Assembly (NCBI RefSeq): GCF_006345805.1
Contig: NC_043020.1
Span: 11,346,001 to 11,410,000, forward strand
Origin: Octopus sinensis
Lineage: Eukaryota
Length of the DNA: 64,000 nt
Reading direction: 5' to 3'
In this document: positions 25,238 to 38,378 of the stretch, in pieces
How positions within the stretch are numbered: the stretch's first letter is position 1
How the letters are laid out: each line of letters starts with the position of its first letter
Translations under genes and position numbers: made by a program
The notes under the pieces: model-generated
Databases searched by the model: none
Told to the model about the DNA's origin: nothing
Seen by the model: only the letters and a program-made list of their open reading frames with translations

Positions 25238-27440
25238 ATTCCATAATTACCACACTTGTTAATTGCTTCTCAACATCAATATTAACTTTGATCAAAATCT
25301 ATGTGCCTTCATCAAAATAAAAAAAATGAAAAAAAAAATGAGATAGTCAATGCATTGGTCTTTTCCTTATTTGAATCCATCAATGGGATGGTCATCTCTT
25401 CTGAAGATTATCTTTCTTTTCCTTCAAACTAAATTCTAATTAAACTCAGAAAAGAATATCAATCTCATTGCAATGTTCTGTTCCGATGCGATGACAAATC
25501 CGTTTGTCATTGCATTAACTTGTCTTTATTAATCTCTCTCTCTCTTTCTACCTCTTCCACTCTCTTCTTTCTATTAATCTCTTTAACTCTCTCTTTTTTT
25601 TTCTCTCTCTTTCTATTAACCTCTTTCTTACTTAAAATCTTTGTTTTCTTTCCTCTCTCTCTCTCTCTCTTTCTTTTAACCACCCTCACTTTTTCTCTCT
25701 ATCTTCTCTGTCTCTTTTTCTCTTAACCACCCTCTCTCTCTCTCTCTTTCTCTTAACCACCCTCACTTTTTCTCTTTATCTCCTTCTCTCTTTCTCTTAA
25801 CCACCCTCTCTCTCTCTCTCTCCTTTTCTCTTAATCACCCTCTCTCTATCTCTCTCTTTGTCTTAACCACCCTCTCTCTCTTTCTCTTAACCACTTTCTC
25901 TCTCTCTCTCTTTCTCTTAACCACTTTCTCTCTCTCTCCCCTCTCTCTCTTTCTCTCAACCTCTTTCTCTCTCTTTCTCTTAACCACCTTCTCTCTCTTT
26001 CTCTTAACCACTTTCTCTCTCTCTCTTTCTCTTAACCACCCTCTCTCTCTCTCTCTCACTATTAATCTTTCTTTATCTCTTTCACAGTGATGTTCCCTCC
26101 CCGTTGTGGCTTCGTTTTATTTTATCTTTTACAAGGTTTTCTTTCTCCAAGGTGAGAGGCACAATCGGAGACATTACAAAATGGTGAGTTTAAGATCATC
26201 AGTTTTGCAGGAAAAAGCTGGTACGCAGATCACTGAATACATTGCCATATTTTCTTTCAAATATTTTTGTTGTTGTTGTTTCCAATGAAAATATTGATGT
26301 TGATGTTGTTTCTATACGGTTGACGTAGAAGCTAAGGAAAACTGGTTTTAACTGGTTTTAATTGGTTTTAATTGGTTTAATTTGGTGCTAGATATGGTAG
26401 TGCGGTCATACAACGCAGTATGAATGTATCAACCACCCAAACACACAAACACACACACACACACACACATGCATGCATGTGTGTATATATGTATATGTAC
26501 ATATGTATGTACATACACACACATATACATACACATATATTGTATTTATATACATATATGCATGCACACATGTGTATTTGTTTACATATGTGCATATATG
26601 AATAAATGTACATACAAATATATATATATATATGTGTGTGTATATATACATATATATATACATATATATACATATATATATATATACATATATATATATG
26701 TGTGTGTGTGTGTATATATACATATATATATACATATATATATATATACATATATATATATATGTGTGTGTGTGTGTATATATACATATATATATACATA
26801 TATATACATATATATATATATACATATTATATGTGTGTGTGTGTGTATATATATATACATATATATATATATGTGTTGTGTGTGTATATATATATACATA
26901 TATATACATATATATATATGTGTGTGTGTGTGTATATATACATATATATATGTGTGTGTGTGTGTGTATATATACATATATATATACATATATATATATA
27001 TACATATATATGTGTGTGTGTGTGTGTATATATACATATATATATATACATATATATATACATATATACATATATATATATATCACAGTCTCTATATGTT
27101 CTGTAATGTGTTAGGATTTAAGGACTCAGTTTTCTGTACTTTGCCAAAAACCCCAGATCTACAATGTATAGATGTGGGTATATTGAAAACGATGGAGATG
27201 AATTTTTATCCAAAACACCAGATTGACGGACATCAAAGCAAGAAATAAAGACCAGGTTGGCGATAGCCAACTCTTTCATTTAGCAAAGCTAAACAGAGAG
27301 GACCCTGGAAATGAAATGATATAAATGAAGGAGTACACCATTGGCAGTGCCCCAGTATGGCCAGAGAACTCTTTGGATAACAAATTAAAGAAAAAATGTA
27401 AAAGAAAAAGATATGTATGTATATATATGTGTGTGTATAC

Positions 27441-27515
<75 letters not shown>

Positions 27516-28340
27516 TATAACTCTTTGTCTCTCTGTCTGTCTGGTCTCAATGCGTTCTCAAATGGCTTGACCAAATCAAATCATGTTTTACGTGGTAATA
27601 GTATCAGACTCCATGAGTGTCAACATGTAACTTTTTTCACATTTGGATTAAAACAATACAACATTGGCACTGGTTCAGCATTACGTGTCAAAAGCGAAAG
27701 AATAACATCTATATTGTAATGTGACATAATATTGTTTCATTTTTATTCTTTCACTTTTAATTCCAATTACATCCTAATGTGAACAACATAACACACCAGC
27801 AACTCTCTGTCTTTACGGCCATGACAGCGGAATGGTGTGTCAGTGTATGTGTGTTGACCGACATAATGAACAGCTGGAGGTGAAATTGTTGACAGAAAGC
27901 AATGAGGTGGCAGGTCCAAGGTATTTAAAAATACACATTTACCTTTTAATTGCCAATTAATAATTTATCACAGCAGTTGCAAATTTACTGTTATGTGCCT
28001 CTATTTGGTTAATTTACTTATATTTGGTTAATTTTATACTGCATACAAAAATAAAGACATACTATATACATACAACTGCTTACAATCATAGAGATTGCTA
28101 TATAATTTCTTCAATGTTCATAATTTTTGGTTTACAATATTGAAAAAAATATGCCACCAAAGGAAAGAACATAATCTCTCCAGAAACAAGTATAAAGCAA
28201 GGAGGATTGTAGAAAACCGAAGGCGGGAGTCTCAAGAGAGAAAGGAGATGAGACTTTTTCAAGATCAGCAAATGCAAGCTGCAGCACAACTCTTGAAGTC
28301 TCAAGACAGAAGCGAGATGAGACTTTCTGAAGATCAGCTA

Positions 28341-28946
28341 AGATGGAGTTTCAATACTAAAGGGAGATAACACTTTCCCAAGGTCAGCAAATACATGCTG
28401 CAGCACACCAGATGGAGCCTCAATACTAAAGGGAGATAACACTTTCCCAAGATCAGCAAATGCCTGCAGCAGCACACCAGATGGAGCCTCAATACTAAAG
28501 GGAGATAACACTTTCCCAAGGTCAGCAAATGCCTGCTGCAGCACGCCAGATGGAGTCTCAATACTAAAGGGAGATAACACTTTCCCAAGATCAGCAAATA
28601 CATGCTGCAGCACGTCAGATGGCGTCTCAATACTAAAGGGAGATAACACTTTCCCAAGGTCAGCAAATACATGCTGCAGCACGCCAGATGGCGTCTCAAT
28701 ACTAAAGGGAGATAACACTTTCCCAAGGTCAGCAAATACATGCTGCAGCACGCCAGATGGAGTCTCAATACTAAAGGGAGATAACACTTTCCCAAGGCCA
28801 GCAAATACATGCTGCAGCACGCCAGATGGAGTCTCAATACTAAAGGGAGATAACACTTTCCCAAGGTCAGCAAATACATGCTGCAGCACGCCAGATGGAG
28901 TCTCAATACTAAAGGGAGATAACACTTTCCCAAGGCCAGCAAATAC
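28341..28946 (+). repeat. 69-bp minisatellite, about 9 units
   Basis: AGATGG recurs at 28341, 28410, 28479, 28548, 28617, 28686, 28755, 28824, 28893. Confidence 0.97.
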
Positions 28947-29282
28947 TGCATGACTAAGGGAGTCCCAATACGGAAGCGGAGATGAGATTTTCCCAAGATC
29001 AGAAAATGCATGCCACAGCACTTGGTGCTGAATCATTGAAACAACATTTTAATGATTAGACAGAATTCCCATAGAATAGCTCTCAGAAACAGACTACGTA
29101 CAAATTTGTTCTTCATAACTCCTGGAGCTGCTTTCGGATATGATCCACCCCATTCTTATCAAAAATGATAATTTAGTCCAAATTCTTGTGCTAAACTGTA
29201 ATTATCATTTAAAATTTCCAAATGAAACTAATGGCATGCAATGGCTCAGGCAGTAACATAAGACTACCAGCAGAACCAGCTG

Positions 29283-29615
29283 AAGGAGCATGGCTTAGTG
29301 ATTAGGGCATTCGGCTGACGATTGTAAGGTCGTGAGTTCGATTCCCGGTGATGTGTTGTGTCCTTGAGCAAGACACTTTATTTCACGTTGCTCCAGTCCA
29401 CTCAGCTGGCAAAAATGAGTTATACCTGTATTACAAAGGGCCGGCCTTGTCACACTCTGTGTCACGCTGAATCTCCCTGAGAACTACGTTAAGGGTACTC
29501 GTGTCTGTGGATTGCTCAGTCACTTGCACGTTAATTCCACGAGCAAGCTGTTCCATTGATCGTATCAGCTGGGACCCTCGTCGTCGTAACCGACGGAGTG
29601 CTCCTACCTACTACT
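29283..29615 (+). mobile_element. SINE family D inserted in the Helitron ORF
   Basis: 8-bp TSD ACCAGCTG (29275-29282, 29616-29623). Confidence 0.9.
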
Positions 29616-29909
29616 ACCAGCTGCTCCTCAACCTCTTGTAGATCTTCTGGAAGGCACTTCCATCCTGTCAAAGGATTTTCTGAATAATATCAGACAATAC
29701 AACTCTGCATTTCAAATGACATCGTTTGGTGCATCCAAGGAGATAGTTGAACATGGATTTATGCCAAGATTCAGAGTTCAAGGGCAAGTCTATCACCTCA
29801 TTGGTTCCCTGTTACTCACAAATGAACAACCACAGGTCCTCCAAATGTATGTATGCATGTGTATATGTATGTATGTAAATATGTCTGTATACATGTATGT
29901 ATATATATA

Positions 29910-29944
<35 letters not shown>

Positions 29945-29951
29945 ATGTGTG

Positions 29952-29985
<34 letters not shown>

Positions 29986-30122
29986 TTTTTTTTAACAATT
30001 GAGGATAAAATCTTAAAGAAATTATCAGTTGTCAGCGTGAAAAACCTCGTAAGAGAGAAAATCCGTAAATTCTTCCTCTTTGAAAATATTCATTTATATT
30101 ATATTGAGGGTACTATATAAAT

Positions 30123-30160
<38 letters not shown>

Positions 30161-30239
30161 TTGTATATATATATATATATTTTGTATATATATATATATA
30201 TATGTGTGTATATATATGTCTGTTATACATTATGAAGCT

Positions 30240-30800
30240 CCTTAAACGGTCAGTCATAATAATACAGCAACTATGTTTATGCTACTTCTGTCTGGATAAT
30301 TATTCTTCTCAAAGCCTAATTTTCCCCCTGATAATTTATTCTGGGACTTTTCTGATAAATGAAGTCAGAGGTAGAATCCTCCAATTTTTGTTCCTAATCA
30401 ATTTTCCCTCTATTAGACAGCACATATTAATCCCCTTCTATTAGTTTCTAGAACATTTTGGTAAAGTTTGACTAAAGGCTTTGACTAAGGAGTTATTTTA
30501 TACATGTTTCTGAGAGAATTGTTGAGAAGCCAATTAAAACATGCTGGTAAGTTTTATAGTAATTTGTCTGTGATAGCTTTTACCTGTTGATTCTCTGTCT
30601 CCATATAATTGGTGTTGGCAGCTTCACCCTGTCAGTTTGTGGTGTCACAGTTGACTTGGTTATTTGTAAACCAGGAGAATGGCATATGTAGCATTGAATT
30701 GTTGTTCTCTTAATATTTCACTCATCTTGTGGCAGTCTATAGTGTGTGATAGATACACTTCCTTGTACAAAGGGTCTGCTTCTTTTGTGAAACTGTAGAA
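30240..30800 (-). mobile_element. Highly decayed CR1-clade RT fragment
   Basis: Remnants resembling PISLT, NQHGF, KAFD and GKLG..W..FL..R.Q in expected order on the minus strand. Confidence 0.45.
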
Positions 30801-31570
30801 AAATTTAGGGCCTTGTTTTTCTATTGTCTTTTGTGAAACTGTAGAAAACCTTTGGGCCTGGTTTTTCTGTTGTCTGTGGGTCAGTTTCTTTTATCATTCT
30901 ACCATTCTCATGGGAGGTGGGTACTTTGTAATTTTCATGGGTGTACTTTATTTACATAGGTTTACTTTATTTCTTTTATTTTCTCTGAACAAAAATTGTA
31001 GCAGTTTTTTTTTTTTTTAAACTTTTTCAGTTATAAGTTTATCTAAGCCTTTAGAAATATCTTTTCTTCCCCTCACAAGAATTTTCTTCCCTCTGGAAAT
31101 AATATTTCATTGAAAGTTGCTCAACTTTGTCTTAGAGACATGTTTCGTCCATTTGTTTTACATTTATTATTCTACATTATTCAAGTTTTATACTGTTGCC
31201 TTGAATTTGAACCTTTTTTTATTAATGTCTTAATCGGATCTATTTAGGTTACACTGTAAACTGCTTTGCAAAAATTACTCTTTACACATATGGACATATG
31301 AAAATGTATACACAAAAAGATAAAGAATTCAAACAATTTCTATAGAACAGATTCCACAGATTAACCTGCTGTTTACCATTTTTCTTTTGAAATAACATTG
31401 CCTTTGTTTAAATTAATTTTGAAAATAATGGAGAAATTAGTAAAATACTTTCATCATTATTAAGCTGGTGTTTGAATTATATATTGACATGAAATTTTGA
31501 TTCAAGGCTTTTAGTTCATTTTAAAGTAAGAAGTTCGTATCCTAGGACCAAGAGAGGTCTCGATAGGGTT

Positions 31571-32362
31571 GGTATTATATGGATTAATTAATTTTTTTCC
31601 CTCTTTATTCCTCATCTTTACTTGTTTCAATCATTTGACTGTGGCCATGCAGGGACACTACCTCAAAGGGTTTTGCTGAACAAAATGACCCCTGGTACTT
31701 ATTCTATTGATCTCTTTTTGCTAAACTGCTAAGTTACAAGGATGTAATCAAACTGATACCAGTTGTCAAATAGGGAGGGTGAAACACACACATACATCAT
31801 TACCATCCTCATTTAACTTCCACTTTTCCTTCCATGCTTGCATGGATTAGACACAGTTTATTGAGACAGGTGGTATTATATGGATTAATTGATTTTTTTT
31901 TTCCCCTTTATTCCTTATCTTTACTTGTTTCAATCATTTGACTGTGGCCATGCAGGGACACTACCTCAAAGGGTTTTGCTGAACAAAATGACCCCTGGTA
32001 CTTATTCTATTGATCTCTTTTTGCTAAACTGCTAAGTTACAAGGATGTAATCAAACTGATACCAGTTGTCAAATAGGGAGGGTGAAACACACACATACAT
32101 CATTACCATCCTCATTTAACTTCCACTTTTCCTTCCATGCTTGCATGGATTAGACACAATTTATTGAGACAGGTGGTATTATATGGATTAATTGATTTTT
32201 TTTTTCCCCTTTATTCCTTATCTTTACTTGTTTCAGTCATTTGACTGTGGCCATTCAGGGAGACCACCTCGAAGGGTTTTGCTGAACAAAATGACCCCTG
32301 GTACTTATTCTATTGATCTCTTTTTGCTAAACTGCTAAGTTACAAGGATGTAAACAAACTGA
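31571..32362 (+). repeat. About 302-bp tandem triplication containing the 3' half of a diverged SINE-B
   Basis: GGTATTATATGGATTAATT at 31571, 31872, 32175. Confidence 0.95.
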
Positions 32363-32415
32363 CATCATCATCATCATCGCTTAGCGTCCGCTTTCCATGC
32401 TAGCATGGGTTGGAC

Positions 32416-32632
32416 TCCACTCATGTGTTACGCTCACGATTGGGTTTCAACTCATGTGTTACGCTCATGATTGGGGGTCCACTCATGTGTTACGCTCATG
32501 ATTGGGATTCCACTCATGTGTTACGCTCATGATTGTGGTTCCACTCATGTCTTACACTCACGATTGGGGTTCCACTCATGTGTTACACTCACGATTGGGG
32601 TTCCACTCATGTGTTATGCTCATGATTGGGGT
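32416..32632 (+). repeat. 31-bp minisatellite, 7 units, between an RTE-tail stub and a SINE body
   Basis: (TCCACTCATGTGTTACGCTCAYGATTGGGGT)x7. Confidence 0.95.
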
Positions 32633-32966
32633 TTCAGTCCCTGGACCGGGCGATGCATTGTGTTCCCAAGCAAAACACCCCATTTCATGTTGCTCCAGTC
32701 CACTCAGCCGGCAAAAATTAGTAATCCTATGACAGACCAGCATCCCACCCAGATGGGGAATATAGATGCCCCAGAATCTGGGAAACCACCCTTATGAGCC
32801 TATGGCTCGAGAAAGAAGTTTGATCCATTTTAGTATGATAGGTGGCGGAGGTATTTGGATTTCATGGTTTGTTATAAAACTTTGAGGTTTCTGTTGTTGT
32901 TAGATTTAAACTAGTAGGATGTGTCAGCTGTATGTCAGCCGTAGGCCAACTAAGTGGTTTATATTT

Positions 32967-33002
<36 letters not shown>

Positions 33003-33134
33003 TTATTACAATAGAAGTGAAGCTTTGTGATTATCGCTGCAAGTCAAAACCAGTCTGCAAACTGATTCATGGCAAACTTTGTAGCTATTCTGAGTTAGTG
33101 TACACATACTTATAATGATTGAGAGATGAATGAC

Positions 33135-33560
33135 AATGACCTTTTTGTGTGCAGAGTCTGTGACGGATCATGTCTGTCTTAGGCTGGCCTCAAATCTCAC
33201 CTGCAAATTCATGGAAAACAAAGCTCCACCAACTACTCTGACTATATGTCTGTGCACACCTTTGTATGCAGTGTATGCCAGAAGGTTTTCAAATCCAATG
33301 GAGGCCTCAAAAGACCTGTTAAATGTCTGTGCACACCTTTGTATGCAGTGTATGCCAGAAGGTTTGCAAATCCAACGGAGGCCTCGAAAGACCTGTTAAG
33401 ATCCACAAAGAGCAGAACTTATCTGCAGGTTCTTCGTGGTCCAAATCAGAGGTGCAATCTATGTGGGTGTCTTTTCAGAACATTGTCTGGTTTAAAAAGC
33501 CACATCAGATGCCATGATGATGCTAAGGTTTTAGATACAGGAGGTGGTCAAACTCTGTAT
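33135..33560 (+). pseudogene. Decayed cluster of four C2H2-like fingers, probably the C-terminus of an RTE-type LINE ORF
   Basis: FVCRVCDGSCLS*AGLKSHLQIH; FVCSVCQKV twice (77-bp duplication); RCNLCGCLFRTLSGLKSHIRCH; stop and frameshift; no TGEKP linkers. Confidence 0.6.
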
Positions 33561-33697
33561 AAGGACTTCGAACCCACAAGAGAGACAGAGACAGGCAGAA
33601 ACAAGGAAAATGCATCTTGTATTTGAATACTATGCAAATATTCTTTTAAAAAACTTTTCTTTTAATTTTTCTAGAATTTAATTGTTTTCCATACTTA

Positions 33698-33733
33698 CAG
33701 TTGAAAAAGTTTCAATGACTGAAACTGGTACTG
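33698..33733 (+). ncRNA. Weak hammerhead-like motif, U3-A8 core
   Basis: CAG-UUGAAAA-AGUU(UCAAU)GACU-GAAAC-UG-GUA-CUG. Confidence 0.4.
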
Positions 33734-33878
33734 AAATGTTTTTTATAATTGAGGTCAGTTTTAGATTTCATTGTTTAAAGTGGTGTTGAAAGCAAATAAT
33801 TAGTGGAGGCGGGACTGGCATTTAATTCAATCTAAAAATAATAAAATAATACAAAACTGGTTAAGAAAGTAGAGATAG

Positions 33879-33923
33879 CCTTTGACAGCTGTTTTGGGGA
33901 TATCCTGTCCATTGGATCATCAT
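33879..33923 (-). ncRNA. Decayed hammerhead-like motif (same subfamily as the 39.4-kb palindrome)
   Basis: AUGAUGA...AUAUCCCC-AAAAC-AGCU-GUC. Confidence 0.45.
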
Positions 33924-34070
33924 ACTGATTAAAGACTTTATAAACCAGGTATTCTATCATCAGAATTTATTGGATTTCATTGTTTAAGGAGGTTCACACG
34001 ATGACATTTTCAAGATGCTGGCTACCACCTGACAGGTTTCTTTTTGAACCTATAATGCCTGGTGTCTTAA

Positions 34071-34286
34071 CCATTTCATTACCAACCCGGCTGAAACTGG
34101 TTCTGGCTCTGAGTACAAATGTCTTGTTTTCATAAATTATTAATTAAAATCTTCCACCAAACCTTAGTCACAATTTATGTTCCTAACACTAGCTGAATGA
34201 TAACCAAGTTATTTTACTAAATTCTTGTTATATTTAAAGTAATTGAAAGAAACACAGAGCATCTCAAAAAAATACAGTACGAAGGG
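34071..34286. mobile_element. piggyBac-like MITE
   Basis: TTAA|CCATTTC...GAAGGG|TTAA. Confidence 0.85.
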
Positions 34287-34536
34287 TTAAGCCTCTAACT
34301 ACATGCCTCCTCAGTCTGGTCACGAGAAAGACTGCTGATCTAAAGGAATGAGCTCTGAGAGATAGTATTTCTCTTTTCACTACATCTCCCTCTCCATTCA
34401 TGTAAAGCACTCAACCGTTTTGTCCATGGGAACTGTGAAATGTTTCCTTGACTCACTGTTAAACAGTTCTTCTTTTTAATATTTTTATATCAATAATTGT
34501 ATTGGCAACTCTGTTTCTCCTGCATTTTTCCTTATA

Positions 34537-34895
34537 TCTCTCTCTATATAAACGGCAAAATGTCTGTGTGTGTGTCCTTTATACAAATCCACAATTTTCA
34601 TTAGAGGGCTCACACTTTCTATGGTCATTCAAAAACCGTCCAAGGATGGTCGTGCACATCTTACATTTCCCCAGCCCCCACACAGCCATTAAAAAATCAA
34701 TAGAAGTGACTTTTTTGTAATTTTCTATCCAAAACCTAATCAAAATGCCCAAAACCTGATACGTCAATTGAAACCAAGCTAGCTATATGTGATTGGTCGG
34801 AGACTTGGACAGTACTCGCGTGCATGTGCGCACACACGCAACTGTATATGCATGCACTAGCACTATGACCCGGCAACGCTAGGTCATAGTGCTAG
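34537..34895 (+). mobile_element. Non-autonomous Helitron (second family)
   Basis: A|TC start, CTAG|T end, terminal 14-bp inverted repeat. Confidence 0.82.
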
Positions 34896-36634
34896 TATTA
34901 TATATTAGATTATACTGTTATGGATCTTTGTCATTCACTTCTTGTATGACATAAAGATATATCAAAACTTGTATCTGTGTGCATACAAAACAATGACAGA
35001 GGTGTCTTGGTGAACCAAGTCTGTTGCACAAATTTGATCCCTGTTTGGGTGTTTTGACTAAATTTGCTTTCTATATCATCACTTTCAAGCCATAAACAAG
35101 GGACTGTGATTTTGCAAAGCCAACCTTTATTTCTCAACAATATGATAATGATAACAATAATGAATTTATTGTATATAGTGCTCAGGTGCACTATAACTCA
35201 CCTGAAAAAAGGTAACATAGGGGACAGGTAGCAGTAATAAGTCGAATAAAGAAAGGCACCAATGATAACCAAAAGTATATGCATTAGTACACCGGATAAA
35301 ATGTCAAAAAGAAGAAAAAGAGCCATAAAAAAAGAAAGGGTACGTAAACATGACAGAAGTAATGTTGGGAAATATCAGGACGCTTGAAATTGTTGAAGGA
35401 TACAGTGTCTTCAGAGGTAAAAACTGACACAGGTAGATTATTCCATGTTCCATGAAAAAATATATTTCTGAAAGTTATGTTATGAATGTGGCACAGTTTT
35501 TTTTTTTCTTTTTCTTGGTTCTCTTTTGAATTTTATAATTATGTCCATGGGTAGTAGTAGTAGTAGTAGAGATATCAAATTCGAAATGATGGCCAAAATT
35601 GTTGTTGGAAAGATGGTGGGGGTTTCTTTTGGGGTTTCTAGCAAGTCAGCTGCTAAATGTCAAACCCTTAATGTGTCTGATGTCCAGAGAAATAAGACAT
35701 TCAAGATAAGTACCTGACAAGCCCTGGAATTTGTTAAATTCTTTATCCCCTCTTTCAATATTGTTAGATATCAATATTATTATTTAATGAATGCACAAAA
35801 AAAAAGGGTCCCAAAAGTGCACCACTTACAGGGTAACCAGAAAATATATTTAATATCATCAACATCATGTATATATATATTTTCATCATCATCAGCGTCA
35901 TCATGTATGTATATTTTCATCCTCATCATGTATGTATAATTTTTTTACTAAACCAATGTTTTGAAATTCATTGTCTCAGTTTGAAATGTTAATTAACATA
36001 AACTAACTAATTTGTTGCTGATCTCATTATGCTTTATTTTTTTTTTTGCTGTTTTTTGTTTTAAAAAAAATATTCAATATTTGTTTGAATGTTTTGTTTT
36101 GATATATTTTAAATGTTTCTTGTGCTAAAAGTGAGATTTTTTAAAACCCTAACAATAACATGTGAAACAAGGTGACAACACAGAAATATTTAAAGGCTGG
36201 TCTCAACCCTCACCTGTGTCCAGATGTGATGGTCATGGATAATGTTTCCACTTGCAGTCCTTTCTCTCTTTCTGTTGTAATTGTTGTTAAATGTCATTAA
36301 GTCATGTAATTCATGTTTAAATACTTTCATTGTTTGTTTTGAAAACCTCATCAAAAAACAATCATAAATGTAAACACACACACACTTTCTACCATACACA
36401 TTTACATACCTACATATTTATCTCCCTGTCTACACACACACACACACACAATATACATACCTGTAAAATAAACAATTTGTTGCATTTTGTCATTCTTACA
36501 CATCCACACTCAGTCACACTGATATATCTACATACACATATATACACATTTAAACACATACATACATTCCCCACAACCTAATCTCTCTTGGTCACCTTTC
36601 ACACACACACACCACACACACACCACACACAACA

Positions 36635-36693
<59 letters not shown>

Positions 36694-37458
36694 CTCTACC
36701 TATCTAGGACTACATCATTCATTTGAAGGCTGTTGGATATATTTTAAGGAAAATTTGGCTGCTATTTCTAGCAAAGTGTGAAACCACCTAGAGTCTCATT
36801 CATTGGCTTACTCTTTCATAATTGTAAACAAGGGGGAATTCCGTTGCTATTGGTTCTAGACAACTATTTATTCTCAGGATTTCAACCATTATCCATTCAG
36901 TTTGTTGTTTGGTATAGTCTTCATAAGTAGTTAAAAATCTTGGCACAAAAGCATTCACCAAAGATTTTTTTCCTATTCTTCTTGTTTTTTTCCTGTGCTT
37001 AAATTACAAAAGAACTTTTATTTCTACAGTTTCTCCCCTCTGTCTTCATTACAAGCTTTGAGCCTTTTTTTCAGTTCTTATTTTGCAATTATACTGGAGA
37101 AAGGGAAATCTCCTGTGTTATTAGCTTATTGCCTTTTTTCTCTCTATATATACATATAGAAATATATGTGTGTGTGTGTGTATATATATATAAAGAATTT
37201 TTTGCATAAGATAAAAAGCCAAGGCTGTATAGATATTAGAGCATTTATTCATAGATTTTAGACCATCTATCTATAAAGGCTCTTGTTTTTTATCATATTA
37301 TGCCAAAAATTCTTATATACACACGCTGACATAGAACCAACGTTGAACCTTTTATTCTCAATATTACCGAATCTGGAACTTAACTATGGTCTGTCTACAG
37401 CACTTATTCAGCATTACCTGACACCTTTGGGTCTCAATGACACTATATATATATACAT

Positions 37459-38100
37459 ACATCATCATCATCGCTAAACGTCCGCTTTCCATGCTAGCAT
37501 GGGTTCGACGATTTGACTGAGGACTGGTGAACCAGATGGCTGCACCTGGCTCCAATCTCGATCTGGCAGAGTTTCTACAGCTGGATGCCCTTCCTAACGC
37601 CAGTCATCGAATTTGATTTCGCTTTCCATTTCACTTGCCTCAACAGGTCTTCGCATGCAGAGTTTAGTGCCCAATGAAGAAAAGGTATGCATAAGTGGGC
37701 TGGTTACACCCCTGACATAGGCCACGAGGTTATGGTCTCATTTGGGTTTTCTCAAGCACAGCATATTTCCAAAAGTCTCAGTCACTAGTCATTGCCTCAG
37801 TGAGGCCTAATGTTCAAAGGTCATGCTTCACCACTTCATCCCAGTTCTTTCTGGGTCTACGTCTTCCACAGGTTCCCTCAACTGCTAGGGTGTAGCACTT
37901 TTTCACACAACTATCCTCATCCATTCTTGCCACATGGCCATACCAGCGCAGTTGTCTCTCTTGCACACTACATCTGATGCTTCCTAGGTCCAACTTTTCT
38001 CTCAAGGTACTTACAGTCTGTCGAGTATGCATGCTGGCATTACACATCCATTGGATCATACTGGATTTATTCCTTGCGAGCTTATGCATGTCCTCAGCAG
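37459..38100 (-). mobile_element. 5'-truncated RTE-clade LINE (ORF2 C-terminus, 3'UTR, (GAT)n tail)
   Basis: ORF 37814..38089 contains QLRWYGHVARMDED...GRRRPRKNWDEVVKHDL; the tail is shared with the short elements at about 21113, 32363, 45805, 48874 and 53991. Confidence 0.9.
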
Positions 38101-38378
38101 TTATGGCCCATACTTTATTTTATTGACCCCCAGAAGAATGAAAAGCTAAGCTGGACTTGAACCCAGGATATAAATGGAAATCAACCCATCACTCTACTGA
38201 CTTTGTCATGAAAGTGCATGGCCTTGTGGTTAGGGTGTTCAGCTTATAATCATTAAGGCTGCGAGATCAATTCCTGAATCAGGTAGCATGTTGTGTTCTG
38301 GAGCATTTCATATTCTCCCCTCAAATATTACTAAAGTCGCAGAAAACCATGAACACCACCACATCAAATAGCTATATA

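Larger units (their letters stand above)
28095..29850 (+). pseudogene. Degenerate autonomous-Helitron Rep-helicase N-terminal region
   Basis: Charged RESQERKEMRL repeats; AAFGYDP; FLNNIRQYNSAFQMTSFGA...FMPRFRVQGQVYHLIGSLL; removing SINE 29283-29615 rejoins IRLPAEPA|APQPLVDLLEG. Confidence 0.85.

Noticed and set aside
26377-27248. YI/VC/HT-rich ORFs here and at about 6040, 9838, 15744, 39987 and 58114
   Set aside because: Dinucleotide microsatellite translations.
28334-29036. 225- and 232-aa antisense ORFs as genes
   Set aside because: A consequence of a stop-free 69-bp unit; the sense strand is Helitron-derived and there is no splice or expression evidence.
31137-31147. Hammerhead half-site GAAAC-AU-GUC (minus)
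   Set aside because: No core or stem I upstream.
32416-32632. CRISPR-like array (also considered for the 69-, 73- and 103-bp arrays)
   Set aside because: Contiguous units without unique spacers, no cas genes, eukaryotic context.
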